Shown: one piece after another, positions 23,695 to 36,659 of the stretch
How positions within the stretch are numbered: the stretch's first letter is position 1
Layout: every line of letters begins with the position of its first letter
Origin: an uncultured Candidatus Saccharibacteria bacterium
Lineage (GTDB): Bacteria > Patescibacteriota > Minisyncoccia > 2-01-FULL-47-10 > JBBTYX01
Assembly (NCBI GenBank): GCA_964436845.1
Contig: CAYTEF010000001.1
Location: 1-49,920 of the forward strand
Direction of reading: 5' to 3'
DNA: 49,920 nucleotides
Made by a program: the position numbers and the translations under genes
The notes under the pieces: model-generated
Seen by the model: only the letters and a program-made list of their open reading frames with translations
What the model was told of the DNA's origin: nothing
Database searches by the model: none

Positions 23695-24722
23695 ATAATA
23701 CTATTTCAGTCGTCATCGTTACCTACAAGCGCCCTGATGACTTAAAAAACTGCCTGCAGACGGTGCTTAAACAAACGCTTCTGCCTCAAGAGGTGTTTGT
23801 CATAGATAACGCAAAAGATAGCGCAACGAAAAATCTTGTAGAGGGAAAGAGTAATGATTTCAAGAAAAAGGGTGTGGCATTAAACTATATTCCAAACACA
23901 AGAGAAGATAGTTTAATGACTGCGAGGAATTTGGGAGCCGAGCTTTCTAGCGGCTCATTTGTCTCAATGGTGGATGACGACCTCCTCTTAGATAGAGATT
24001 ATCATAAAGAAATTATGCGCGTTTTCAATACATATCCTAAAGCACTTGGGGTGCAGGGATATTGTCAAACCACAAAGGAGGCCCATCCGACGACGAAAAA
24101 GAGAGGAATTAAAGAACGCGTGCTTGATTTATACGGCAGGGTATTCCAAGCCTCGGTTCTCCTTGAAAAAAATTCCTGTAAGGTCCTTCCTTCGCTCGCC
24201 GTTACATACCCATATCCCAGCATTAAAAAAGTTATTAACTGCCAATGGCTTGCGGGAGGTGCGGCAGTATATAAAAGAGAGGCCCTTCAGGAGTTTCCCT
24301 TTGACGAAAACTTAAAGCGATTCGCGTGGGGATTTGATCAGGAACACCCCTACTTAATTTTTAAAAAATATCCTGAGTCTCTTTTTTTAACGCCGTTTGC
24401 CAAGTGGTGGGACAATGCTTCACCAAAAGGACGGCTTATGCCTAAAGAACTTTTTTACATGATGGAGGTGTATGAGCTTTATGTGTTTTATAAAATTATT
24501 GATCAAACCCTTGGAAATAAGTTACGCTACCTGTGGCGAAGGGGCGGGCAGCTCTTTTTTCGGCGCGTCCTTTTTAATCTCATTACTCTTGGGAGGGGAA
24601 ACCCAAGGATAGGATTTTTAAAAATGAGATACGCCCTTGGCGCCGCGTGGTATGCATTCATAAATAGAAAAAAAATTAAAAAGGGGGATTTAACATTTTT
24701 CAATAAAAACCTTACTTCGTAA
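23691..24722 (+). CDS. Glycosyltransferase family 2
   Basis: ISVVIVTYKRPDDLKNCL, VIDNA and MVDDD (DxD) motifs. ATGA overlap with the upstream gene. Confidence 0.75.
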   Translation: MNNTISVVIVTYKRPDDLKNCLQTVLKQTLLPQEVFVIDNAKDSATKNLVEGKSNDFKKKGVALNYIPNTREDSLMTARNLGAELSSGSFVSMVDDDLLLDRDYHKEIMRVFNTYPKALGVQGYCQTTKEAHPTTKKRGIKERVLDLYGRVFQASVLLEKNSCKVLPSLAVTYPYPSIKKVINCQWLAGGAAVYKREALQEFPFDENLKRFAWGFDQEHPYLIFKKYPESLFLTPFAKWWDNASPKGRLMPKELFYMMEVYELYVFYKIIDQTLGNKLRYLWRRGGQLFFRRVLFNLITLGRGNPRIGFLKMRYALGAAWYAFINRKKIKKGDLTFFNKNLTS

Positions 24723-24766
24723 GAACTTTGTTTCCTCGTTTTACTCAGAAATAACACCCTAGACTA

Positions 24767-26089
24767 ATGGGCATCTTCACCAAAAATATACTCCATACAT
24801 TCTCGCTCCAAATTATTGGTTTCCCTCTGGGGGTGCTAATATCCGTTATTATTACCCGCACCCTTGGGCCGGAGGGGAAAGGAATTTTTGCCCTGGCGAT
24901 GCTTATTTTTTCTCTCCTTTCCATGTTTGCCGGTTTTGGCCTCAATCAGGCGACTGCCTATTATGTTGCGAATAAAAAATACACAACAAGGGAAGTGTTT
25001 GGCAGTAATATTATAATCGCGTCTCTTATCAGTATCTTAGCTCTCGGTGCCGGGTTAATACTTATCTTTTTTTTCAATGACACGCTATTCCCCGGCGTAA
25101 AAAGAGACTACCTTTTCTTGGCGTTACTTCTTTTCCCTGTCGCATATTTTTTTGAACTCGCTTCCCAAATTCTTCTGGGGCTGGAGAAAATACAGTCTTA
25201 CAATAATGTTAAATTTTTAACCTCTCTCATCTATTTTTTCCTCCTCGCTGGAATTTTTTTGTTTTCCTCGCTAACCGTAGGGCTTGCCATAGCGGCAAAT
25301 ATCCTTTCCTATGTGGCAACGGGAATAGTGCTCTTCTTATTGGTAAAAAAGGAAATCGGGAAGCTCACTCTCACGTTGAACAAAGGATACTTGAAAGATG
25401 CATTTTCCTACGGCTTAAAAGTATATCCTGCGAGCATGTTTTATCTTTCGCGCTATCAAATAAATGTCTTCCTGCTCAATATGTTTCTTAATCCTGCCGC
25501 GGTTGGATTTTATGTTACCGCCCTGGGAGTGAGTGAAATTACCCAATGGTTTTCAAAGTCAACCTCCACTGTCCTTTTCCCCAAGGTCGCAGGAGAAACG
25601 AATGAAAAAAACCTGCGGGAATTTACGCCTATTATTTGCCGCAATATTCTATTTATTACATTCCTTGGTATTGTCTTTCTTTTCATATTTGCGAAATGGG
25701 TCATCATCATTCTTTATTCCCGGGAATTTCTGCCTTCTATCATGCCCTTTCAGATAATCCTTATTGGCACAGTCGCTGTCGCAGGATGGATTATCTTAAA
25801 TACCGACATCTTCGCTCGCGGCAAGCCTATGATTAATACCTATATATTCGGCTCCTCTGTGGCACTCAATACCATCCTCAATATTTTTCTTATCCCTCGC
25901 TTTGGTATTATCGGCGCCTCATGGGCGCTTACCATTTCTTACCTTATAATGTTTCTCATCACGCTCATTGTGTATGCGAAACTTTCCGGCAATAAAATGT
26001 TAGATGTTATCCTTATAAAAGGATCGGATATTTGCTATTACAAAAATGCCTGCGACGGACTTATCCGATTTGCATTAAGAAAAAAATGA
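24767..26089 (+). CDS. wzx: Wzx-like oligosaccharide flippase (MOP superfamily)
   Basis: 440 aa and highly hydrophobic, with about 12 predicted membrane helices, in a polysaccharide gene context. Confidence 0.65.
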   Translation: MGIFTKNILHTFSLQIIGFPLGVLISVIITRTLGPEGKGIFALAMLIFSLLSMFAGFGLNQATAYYVANKKYTTREVFGSNIIIASLISILALGAGLILIFFFNDTLFPGVKRDYLFLALLLFPVAYFFELASQILLGLEKIQSYNNVKFLTSLIYFFLLAGIFLFSSLTVGLAIAANILSYVATGIVLFLLVKKEIGKLTLTLNKGYLKDAFSYGLKVYPASMFYLSRYQINVFLLNMFLNPAAVGFYVTALGVSEITQWFSKSTSTVLFPKVAGETNEKNLREFTPIICRNILFITFLGIVFLFIFAKWVIIILYSREFLPSIMPFQIILIGTVAVAGWIILNTDIFARGKPMINTYIFGSSVALNTILNIFLIPRFGIIGASWALTISYLIMFLITLIVYAKLSGNKMLDVILIKGSDICYYKNACDGLIRFALRKK

Positions 26090-27333
26090 AAAAGGTCCTC
26101 ATTATTAGCTACTATTTCCCTCCGGTAAACATTATCGCTTCCCGCCGCTACGGCGATATGGCGCCTTATATGGAATCCTTTGGCTGGAAGCCTATTATGC
26201 TCACCACCCATAGCGTAGGTGATCTGCCCGTCCGTGTTCCAGAAAAAGACATTATGCGCGTGGGCGAGAACTGCGACTCTGGTAAGAAAGTGGTGGCGGC
26301 TGAAGGGTATCGGGGTATTCCTGCGATTGTAAAGCCTTTTTATTTTCTCTATCACAAATACGGCATAGATATCACCAGTATTGATAGATTTGTCTTTTCG
26401 TGGCGGCGTGATGTATTAAAAAATTTTTCCCTCATTGAAAAAACAAAACCCGACCTTATTATTGCAACCTATCAGCCGGCTGTTTCTCTCTGGCTTGCCA
26501 GCGCCCTTTCAAAAAAACTTTCAATACCATGGGTGGCGGACTTGCGCGATGCTGTCTCTCTTTACAATACCTCTCCCCTTCGTCTCGCTAAGCAAATTGA
26601 CGCATTCGTTGATAAGCAAATCATGAAAAGCGTCTCTCATATCGTCACGGTAAGTCCAGCGCTGGCAAAACTTATGGGGGATTTCTATCAAAAGCCCGTT
26701 GATGTAATCTATAACGGATTTGATCTTACTAATCATACCATCCCCCCTCGTCCTCCAGAGAAAAATTCCTCCTTTACCCTCTACTACGCAGGACGATTTC
26801 ATCCCCATCGCATTCCCGCTGTAAAAATCGTAATAGACTGGCTGGCAGAAGGAGTCTTGCCTAGGGCAATCTTTCGCGCACGTTCACTCGGGCCTCAAGA
26901 AGCAAACGAAGAAATTTTACATTATGCGGAAAAAAGAGGCGTTCGTAAAACCGTGGAACTGTTGCCCAGCGCTTCGCCTGATGTCATCTTTGAAGAGGAA
27001 AGGAAAGCCGACATTCTTTTAGTCTGCGAAGACGTTGCGAAAATGAACCCTATATCAAATACTAATATGACCGGTAAGCTCTTTGAATATCTGCCTTTTC
27101 ACGCGCCTATTGTCGCCATTACCCGTAAGGATTCCGACATCCGTCTTGTTTTAGAGGACACCGGGAGAGGATTTTTGGCTTCCGGAAAAAAGGAACTCGC
27201 GGACGTTATGAGAAGAATTCACCGCGGACTTTCTCCCAGCCGCAAGGAAAATCGAATCAACGCCTATTCCCGTGAATCGCAATGCCGTAAACTATGTCAA
27301 ATATTAGACGAAGTGCATCAAAAAAAGTCTTGA
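26086..27333 (+). CDS. Glycosyltransferase (GT-B, GT4-like)
   Basis: MKKVLIISYYFPP N-terminus typical of GT-B glycosyltransferases. ATGA overlap with the wzx stop, so ATG 26086 is preferred over 26032. Confidence 0.6.
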   Translation: MKKVLIISYYFPPVNIIASRRYGDMAPYMESFGWKPIMLTTHSVGDLPVRVPEKDIMRVGENCDSGKKVVAAEGYRGIPAIVKPFYFLYHKYGIDITSIDRFVFSWRRDVLKNFSLIEKTKPDLIIATYQPAVSLWLASALSKKLSIPWVADLRDAVSLYNTSPLRLAKQIDAFVDKQIMKSVSHIVTVSPALAKLMGDFYQKPVDVIYNGFDLTNHTIPPRPPEKNSSFTLYYAGRFHPHRIPAVKIVIDWLAEGVLPRAIFRARSLGPQEANEEILHYAEKRGVRKTVELLPSASPDVIFEEERKADILLVCEDVAKMNPISNTNMTGKLFEYLPFHAPIVAITRKDSDIRLVLEDTGRGFLASGKKELADVMRRIHRGLSPSRKENRINAYSRESQCRKLCQILDEVHQKKS

Positions 27334-27371
27334 CTTAATTAACATTTATTGATATTACTTTGCTATCATCT

Positions 27372-30106
<2,735 letters not shown>

Positions 30107-30143
30107 AGATTTTGAAATGTGCTATCTCAGGAAAAGAAAAGGG

Positions 30144-30177
30144 CCCTTGAATGGTTGCGCGATGCAACATTCAAGGG
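30144..30177. terminator. Hairpin between convergent genes (terminator)
   Basis: CCCTTGAAT (30144-30152) pairs with ATTCAAGGG (30169-30177), with inner GTTGC/GCAAC. A T-rich tract follows on the minus strand (CTTTTCTTTTCC). Confidence 0.55.
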
Positions 30178-30184
30178 CTCTCAT

Positions 30185-30562
30185 TCAAGTGTTGTGTGAA
30201 GTTTTTATTTTGATAGATTGCCCCCCCTTAACACCGGAAGGCCAGCGGACCGTCACCACCAATGAAGTCTCCAGCGCCTTCCAGCGGTGGTCTTCACCTG
30301 GGGTCCAATAGGCAAAGTCCCCCAACTTTACAAGGTTCACCTTTTTATCACGAAACTCGAGTTCCCATCGGCCGTATATGAGGAATGTTACGGTCCAACG
30401 GGTCTCGCCGGTGACCCATTCCGTTCGCTCCGTACCGGCCGGAGCGACCTGCCATTTAATCTCCACGTCCTCTGTATAAAGAGGGTGATCAGGCGGCCAG
30501 AAGCCACCGAAAAGCCACTGAAACTGATCCTTCTCCCTATCAGCATTTCCTACAAAAACCAT
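30185..30562 (-). CDS. Cupin-fold hypothetical protein (125 aa)
   Basis: ORF on the opposite strand to the surrounding cluster. Its beta-rich sequence (WTVTFLIYGRWELEF...GDFAYWTPGEDHRW) is compatible with a cupin barrel. The function is unknown. Confidence 0.55.
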   Translation of the reverse strand: MVFVGNADREKDQFQWLFGGFWPPDHPLYTEDVEIKWQVAPAGTERTEWVTGETRWTVTFLIYGRWELEFRDKKVNLVKLGDFAYWTPGEDHRWKALETSLVVTVRWPSGVKGGQSIKIKTSHNT

Positions 30563-30707
30563 GACGTCCTCCTCTCATGCTAAAATTTCCCCATCTTCGG
30601 CTGGGAAAAATAATGCCATTTGATTCTAAAAGAACAAAATCTGAATACCATTATTATTACGTTCCGTCAATATACCGCTTCAATCATTTTCATGGTATAA
30701 AAATGGT

Positions 30708-31745
30708 ATGAAAAAAATCAAAAGGGTCCTCGTTACCGGTAATTTAGGATATATCGGCTCAATATTGACTCCCCTTCTGGAACGAGAAGGATATGAGGTT
30801 ATTGGGCTTGACGCGGGATTTTTTGAAGACGCCCATTTTGTGGCAAGGCCGAAAGTCGCCATACGCCAGATAAAAAAGGACGTGCGCGCGGTAACGCAAG
30901 AGGATTTGGAAGGCGTGGATGCCCTCATTCATCTTGCCGCGCTCTCTGACGATCCACAGGTTAAGTTGGGAGAAAAGCTCATGATGGACATTAACGCTAA
31001 GGCTTCGGTGAAGCTTGCAAAGTTGGCAAAAAAAGCCGGCGTCAAGCGATTCCTTTTTTCATCTTCCTGTTCTACGTATGGCAAAGCCGACAGTAATGAG
31101 CTTGTAAGCGAAACATCAAAGCCAAATCCTGTCTCTCCTTACGGAGTTTCCAAGGTGGAAGCGGAAAGAGGGATAGGCAAGCTTGCCGATAAAGACTTTT
31201 GCCCCGTGTTTTTGCGCAATGCTACCTGTTACGGCATCTCTCCGCGCATGCGCTTTGACTTGGTGGTAAATAATTTAATGGGTTATGGCTACACCACGGG
31301 TGAAATTAAAATTCTCTCCGATGGCACCCCGTGGCGGCCGGTAGTTCATATTGAAGATGTGGCGGGGGCTTTTATCGCAGTATTGAAAGCGCCGCGGGAA
31401 CATGTTTATAATGAAGCCTTCAACGTGGGACAGAACGAAGAAAATTACCAAATCCGCGAGATTGCCGATATGATAGCCAAAGTGATTCCCCGCGCGACAG
31501 TAAATTGTTTAAACGCCACCGGCCCGGATAAACGCTCCTATCGCGTCAATTTTGATAAAATAAGGGAGCGAACCGACTTTCACCCCCGATGGCAAGTCTC
31601 CTCCTACCTTCCTTTCCTTTATAAAAAAATGGTCCAAGATAATTTTTCCCATTCGCAATTCATGAGCCATCGCTACCATACGCTCAATTTTTTTGAGCAT
31701 CTTATTAAAGCAGGGAAGCTCAACGCTAACTTACGATGGCTTTAA
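30708..31745 (+). CDS. NAD-dependent sugar epimerase/dehydratase (extended SDR)
   Basis: VLVTGNLGYIGS Rossmann motif and SPYGVSKVEAE (YxxxK). Confidence 0.75.
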   Translation: MKKIKRVLVTGNLGYIGSILTPLLEREGYEVIGLDAGFFEDAHFVARPKVAIRQIKKDVRAVTQEDLEGVDALIHLAALSDDPQVKLGEKLMMDINAKASVKLAKLAKKAGVKRFLFSSSCSTYGKADSNELVSETSKPNPVSPYGVSKVEAERGIGKLADKDFCPVFLRNATCYGISPRMRFDLVVNNLMGYGYTTGEIKILSDGTPWRPVVHIEDVAGAFIAVLKAPREHVYNEAFNVGQNEENYQIREIADMIAKVIPRATVNCLNATGPDKRSYRVNFDKIRERTDFHPRWQVSSYLPFLYKKMVQDNFSHSQFMSHRYHTLNFFEHLIKAGKLNANLRWL

Positions 31746-31755
31746 CATTCAATCC

Positions 31756-32211
31756 ATGCAAACTATAGAAGGCGTTGTGGTAAAACCCTTAAGGCAAATC
31801 CCCGACGAACGGGGAAAGGTCATGCACATGTTGCGCCGCGATGACCCTGATTTTGAAAAGTTTGGAGAAATTTATTTTTCTGTGGTGTACCCAGGAGTAA
31901 TAAAAGGTTGGCATCTCCATAAAAAAATGACTCTCAACTACGCGGTCCCCGTGGGAATGGTTAAGCTGGTTTTGTATGATATGCGAAAAAATTCCCCCAC
32001 AAAAGGCGTACTTCAGGAATTATTCATCGGGGAAGATAACTACTGTCTTGTTAAAATTCCCAAGGGTATTGCCAACGGCACAAAGGGAATGGGAACGAAG
32101 CCTGCACTCATCGCAAACTGTGCGACCGAACCTCATGATCCAGACGAAATTGTGCGCATTAATCCCTTTACCAAAGATATACCGTATAATTGGGATATTA
32201 AGCATGGATAA
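31756..32211 (+). CDS. dTDP-4-dehydrorhamnose 3,5-epimerase-like (RmlC-type cupin)
   Basis: DERGKVMHMLR ... GWHLHKK pattern and a size of about 150 aa. ATG 31756 is preferred over 31693, which would overlap the upstream gene. Confidence 0.65.
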   Translation: MQTIEGVVVKPLRQIPDERGKVMHMLRRDDPDFEKFGEIYFSVVYPGVIKGWHLHKKMTLNYAVPVGMVKLVLYDMRKNSPTKGVLQELFIGEDNYCLVKIPKGIANGTKGMGTKPALIANCATEPHDPDEIVRINPFTKDIPYNWDIKHG

Positions 32212-33078
32212 ATGAAAATACTTATAACCGGCTCGTCCGGTTTTGTTGGAAAACATCTTTTTAGAGGATTAGCGGAATCCCATGACGTTATTGGAGCGGA
32301 TAAAAACAAAAGTGACTGGACACAAATCACCCTTGATATCACAAAAAAAGACGAGGTAATGACGACCATTCAAAAGATAAAACCCGAGGTCGTCATTCAT
32401 GCCGCCGCCCTGCCAAGCGTTGACTATTGCGAAACACACCGCGAAGAAGCGCATGCGATTAATGTTGAGGGAACAAGGCATTTAGTTCAAAGCCTGCCAG
32501 AAAAGGATATTTTTTTTATCTACCTATCTTCTGATTATGTCTATGACGGCGTCAAAGGCAACTTCACGGAAGAGGATTTACCCAATCCCATAAGCTGGTA
32601 CGGACAAAATAAATTGGATGCGGAGGAAATCGTAAAGCAATTGCCCCGCCATTTGATTTTGCGTCCTACGGTTATTTTTGGTTGGGATCCGGGCGGCAAA
32701 AACTTTTTCATGCAGCTCTATGAGAATCAAAAGACAGGGATGCAAATGAAGGTGCCAAAAGATCAGATTTCAAATCCCACATACATTCATCTTTTAGCAG
32801 AAATGGTAGGAAAAGGTATCGCAAAGAGTCTCAAAGGGACATTCATCGCGACTGGCCCTGAAACCTTGAGCAGATATGACTTTGCGCTTAAGATATGCGA
32901 GACATTCGGATTTGACAAAAGTTTGATTACCCCCGTTCGCACGAGCGATTTAGGACAAGCCGCAAAACGCCCGCTTAATTGCGGAACTGATAGCGGTAAA
33001 ATTCAAAAGGCGTTAGGTATGACATTCCCTTCGCTCAAAGAAACGCTGTTGAATCTAAAATCAGTTACCCCTCAATGA
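32212..33078 (+). CDS. RmlD-like NDP-4-dehydro-6-deoxyhexose reductase
   Basis: MKILITGSSGFVG, VIHAAALPSVDYCE, SSDYVYDG and WYGQNKLDAE (YxxxK). Confidence 0.72.
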   Translation: MKILITGSSGFVGKHLFRGLAESHDVIGADKNKSDWTQITLDITKKDEVMTTIQKIKPEVVIHAAALPSVDYCETHREEAHAINVEGTRHLVQSLPEKDIFFIYLSSDYVYDGVKGNFTEEDLPNPISWYGQNKLDAEEIVKQLPRHLILRPTVIFGWDPGGKNFFMQLYENQKTGMQMKVPKDQISNPTYIHLLAEMVGKGIAKSLKGTFIATGPETLSRYDFALKICETFGFDKSLITPVRTSDLGQAAKRPLNCGTDSGKIQKALGMTFPSLKETLLNLKSVTPQ

Positions 33079-34160
33079 AGAATAACACCATCGTCCAAAA
33101 AGACTTGGAATATATCCTCCGTAACGTTGGAGAAAGAGACCGTTTTAGGGATTCCATAATCCTTGTTACCGGTTGCGCCGGGTTTCTTGGATTTTATTTG
33201 ATGCATTTTTTAGCAACCTATGCCAAAGAGCTTAAGATAAATCGCATCATCGGTCTTGATAATTTTAAGTTGGGAGAGCCGCGATGGTTAAAGGATATGG
33301 CAAGCACAAATCCTCTGGTAAGCCTCCATGCCTTTGATATTGCAAAGGATGATCTGCGAAAGGTCGCAAATGCCAAAGAGGCAGATTTTATCATCCACAT
33401 GGCCTCCATCGCATCCCCCTCTTTTTATAGAAAATATCCGCTTGAGACCATTGACGCAAATATATGGGGGTTGCGCCGCCTGCTCGATTTTTATAAGGAG
33501 GAAAAAATTCGGGGTTTTCTCTTTTTCTCAAGCAGCGAAATTTATGGCGACCCCCCGCCGGCGGCCATACCGACGGATGAGAATTATCGGGGAAATGTTC
33601 CTACCATAGGGCCGCGGGCATGCTATGATCAGTCCAAAAAATTCGGCGAGACGCTCTCCTATGTATATGCCAAAACGTATGGCATGCCCCTTACCATCGT
33701 TCGCCCATTTAATAATTATGGCCCCGGCATGAAACTTGATGATAAACGTGTCGTTGCAGATTTTGCAAAAGCGATTTTTGAAAAACGGGATATAGTGATT
33801 TTTTCTGATGGCAGTCCCACGCGAACATTCTGTTATGTCGCCGACGCTTTGGTGGGCTATCTTAAAGCGTTAACCTTCGGACAGTTTGAATATTTTAATA
33901 TTGGCATAGAAAAACCGGAAATCTCGGTAAAACAATTGGCCCGAATTTTTCAAGAAAAGGGTAAAAAAGTTTTTAACTACAAGGGTTGTGCTGTCCTCAA
34001 CCCTCCATTAGAAAAGGAGTACTTAACGCATAACCCTTCAAGACGATCCCCCGACATACAAAAGGCAAGAACATTGCTCCGCTATAATCCTTCAATACTT
34101 GTCGATGAGGGGGTAGAAAAATTTTTAACGTTTATCAAGTTTACTAACGGTATTTTATGA
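33075..34160 (+). CDS. NAD-dependent epimerase/dehydratase, UDP-glucuronate decarboxylase-like
   Basis: ILVTGCAGFLG, SSSEIYGDP and CYDQSKKFGE (YxxxK). It is adjacent to a Ugd-like gene. Confidence 0.68.
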   Translation: MKNNTIVQKDLEYILRNVGERDRFRDSIILVTGCAGFLGFYLMHFLATYAKELKINRIIGLDNFKLGEPRWLKDMASTNPLVSLHAFDIAKDDLRKVANAKEADFIIHMASIASPSFYRKYPLETIDANIWGLRRLLDFYKEEKIRGFLFFSSSEIYGDPPPAAIPTDENYRGNVPTIGPRACYDQSKKFGETLSYVYAKTYGMPLTIVRPFNNYGPGMKLDDKRVVADFAKAIFEKRDIVIFSDGSPTRTFCYVADALVGYLKALTFGQFEYFNIGIEKPEISVKQLARIFQEKGKKVFNYKGCAVLNPPLEKEYLTHNPSRRSPDIQKARTLLRYNPSILVDEGVEKFLTFIKFTNGIL

Positions 34161-35428
34161 TTGCCGTATTGGGTTTAGGATTTGTGGGGCTCACCACAGC
34201 CCTTGGATTTGCGGAGAAAGGTTATAAAGTATATGGTTTTGATACCAATGAAGAACGCCGCAGCGCCCTTAAAAAAACGAGGCTGCCTTTCCATGAACCA
34301 TACCTCAAAGACCTCCTGCGTGATCATTTGGGAAAAAACTTTTATATCGTTGACGACCTTGACCGCGCCATTCAGGAGAGTGAGGTTATGTTCTTTTGCG
34401 TGGGCACCCCTTCAAAAAAAACGGGTGAAACCGATCTCACCTATCTTACAAAAGCGCTAAAAGATGTCTTGGGTCATATCCCAAAAGCAAAGAGAAAAAC
34501 GCTGGTCATTAAATCAAGCATTCCCCCCTCCACGACAAAAAACATATTGCAGCCGATTATAGAACGCATGGGCTTTCGTATTGGTAAAGACGTAAGGCTT
34601 GCCAATAACCCGGAATTTTTACGTGAGGGATTCGCATGGAAAGATTTTATAGAGCCCGACAGAATAATCATTGGGGCGGATGATAAAAGAAGCGGCAAAA
34701 CCGTTGCCGCACTATACAAGCCTTTCGGCGTGCCTATTTTTATCGTATCCCTCAACACAGCGGAATTTGTTAAATATCTTTCAAATAGTCTCCTTGCGAC
34801 AATGATTAGTTTTTCAAATGAAATGTCTCTTATCGCTCACGCCATTGGCGATATTGAACTTACCAAAGCGTTCCACATTTTACACCTTGATAAGCGATGG
34901 TTCGGCGAACCGGCAAACATGGCAACGTATGCGTTCCCCGGCTGCGGCTTTGGAGGATACTGCCTCCCCAAAGACGTAAGCGGGATATATGCTCAGTCTA
35001 CGGTAAAAGGATATGAGCCCTTGCTCTTGAAGGAAGTGATGAATGTAAACAAAAAAATTAAAGACCACGTAGCAGAAATTGTTGCAAGAAAGGCAGGAAA
35101 GAATGAGCACATCGGCGTATTGGGTCTCTCTTTCAAACCCAATTCCGACGATGTAAGGGAGACGCCTGCAAAAGATATTATTGGAAAACTCCTGCAAAAG
35201 GGATTCGGGCATATTACCGCATACGATCCTTTAGCGATGGAAAATTTTCACCGTGCCTACCGCTTGCCCATCGCCTACGCTCAAAGCTTGGAAGAGGTTA
35301 TTAAAAAATCAGACCATTTGGTTATACTCACCGCGTGGGACCTCTTCCGGAAGCAAAAACGCATAATGCTGAAAAAGAGCGTGTTTGACTTCCGCTACAT
35401 ATTGGAAAACGCATTGACACCAGTATAA
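34157..35428 (+). CDS. UDP-glucose/GDP-mannose dehydrogenase family protein (Ugd-like)
   Basis: MIAVLGLGFVGL, FFCVGTP, NPEFLREG and GFGGYCLPKD (catalytic Cys). Confidence 0.8.
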   Translation: MIAVLGLGFVGLTTALGFAEKGYKVYGFDTNEERRSALKKTRLPFHEPYLKDLLRDHLGKNFYIVDDLDRAIQESEVMFFCVGTPSKKTGETDLTYLTKALKDVLGHIPKAKRKTLVIKSSIPPSTTKNILQPIIERMGFRIGKDVRLANNPEFLREGFAWKDFIEPDRIIIGADDKRSGKTVAALYKPFGVPIFIVSLNTAEFVKYLSNSLLATMISFSNEMSLIAHAIGDIELTKAFHILHLDKRWFGEPANMATYAFPGCGFGGYCLPKDVSGIYAQSTVKGYEPLLLKEVMNVNKKIKDHVAEIVARKAGKNEHIGVLGLSFKPNSDDVRETPAKDIIGKLLQKGFGHITAYDPLAMENFHRAYRLPIAYAQSLEEVIKKSDHLVILTAWDLFRKQKRIMLKKSVFDFRYILENALTPV

Positions 35429-35450
35429 CTAACGTGTATTATCATCTCTT

Positions 35451-36650
35451 ATGAAAACAAAAAGACGTATTAGTTATGCCCTTGCTTTACACGGTAAAGA
35501 AGAACGCGATGCCGTATTAGATGTGCTGGACAAATCCGAAACCATAATGGGTCATCGCGTGAAAACGTTTGAGCAAAAAATTGCCAAGCTCTTTGGCAAG
35601 CGTCACGGCGTTATGGTCAATTCAGGATCTTCGGCAAACTTGCTCGCCGCTGAAATTATTCAGCTTCCCCCAGGCTCGGAATTTATTACTCCCATCATGA
35701 CGTTTGCTACCACCGCAGCGCCTTTTATTCAGAAAGGCTTGGTCCCGGCTTTTACCGATGTGCTTCCTGGCAGTTACCTTGTCAATATTGATCAGATAGC
35801 AAAACTCATCTCTAAGAAGACCCGGGCATTGGTAGTCCCTTCGCTTCTGGGAAATGTTCCAGACTATCCGCGCTTAAAAAAACTGGCAAAGAAATATAAT
35901 CTGATACTCATTGAAGATTCCTGCGACACCCTTGGCGCGACCATTGAGGGAAAGCCTACGGGAATCTATACGGACATTTCCACCACGAGCTTCTATGGGG
36001 CCCACATTATTACCACCGCGGGCAATGGCGGTATTATCTGTGTTAACGATGATTCATGGGGAAGGGACGCGCGCATCCTGCGGGGATGGGGCAGGACGTC
36101 TGCGATAGATGAAAGCGAGGATATCACGAAGCGCTTCTCCTATAAACTTGAAGGGAAGCCTTATGACGCAAAATTTATTTTTGAGCGCCTGGGATATAAC
36201 CTCCTGCCAAGCGAAATGGGAGCGGCATTTGGTCTCGCGCAACTGCAAAAGCTTAAAAAATTTACCGCGATTCGTAAGAAAAATTTTGCCGCGCTCAAGA
36301 AATTTTTCGGACGCTATGAAGAATTTTTTATCCTCCCCCAACAAGCAAACAACATCAAAACGGCATGGATGCAATTTCCCCTTACCATTAAAAAAGAAGC
36401 GCCGTTTTCTCGCCTTGACATCACGCGCTATCTTGAAGAACATAATGTTCAAACGCGACCGGTTTTCTCCGGTAATCTCTTGCGTCATCCGGGCTTTAAG
36501 CATGTCCCCGCAAAAACACTCAAAGAGGGCTATCCCATTGCCGATTTCATGATGCGCCAATCCTTTCTCATTGGGTGCCACCATGGTTTGACAAGGCAAG
36601 ACATTGACTACTTAAAGGAACTTTTTTTGACATTTCTTAAGCAATATTGA
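35451..36650 (+). CDS. NDP-4-keto-6-deoxyhexose 3-dehydratase (RfbH/E1/ColD subgroup of the DegT family)
   Basis: It has the DegT-family fold, but the motif TSFYGAHIITTAGNGG carries His where aminotransferases carry the Schiff-base Lys. That substitution is the hallmark of the 3-dehydratases. Confidence 0.72.
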   Translation: MKTKRRISYALALHGKEERDAVLDVLDKSETIMGHRVKTFEQKIAKLFGKRHGVMVNSGSSANLLAAEIIQLPPGSEFITPIMTFATTAAPFIQKGLVPAFTDVLPGSYLVNIDQIAKLISKKTRALVVPSLLGNVPDYPRLKKLAKKYNLILIEDSCDTLGATIEGKPTGIYTDISTTSFYGAHIITTAGNGGIICVNDDSWGRDARILRGWGRTSAIDESEDITKRFSYKLEGKPYDAKFIFERLGYNLLPSEMGAAFGLAQLQKLKKFTAIRKKNFAALKKFFGRYEEFFILPQQANNIKTAWMQFPLTIKKEAPFSRLDITRYLEEHNVQTRPVFSGNLLRHPGFKHVPAKTLKEGYPIADFMMRQSFLIGCHHGLTRQDIDYLKELFLTFLKQY

Positions 36651-36659
36651 ACTGAGACC

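Noticed and set aside
36054-36599. A 181-aa minus-strand ORF and a 147-aa plus-strand alternative-frame ORF (36109..36552) inside the RfbH/ColD-like gene.
   Set aside because: The sense frame carries clear DegT-family motifs across this region. The overlapping ORFs are basic, low-complexity shadow frames.
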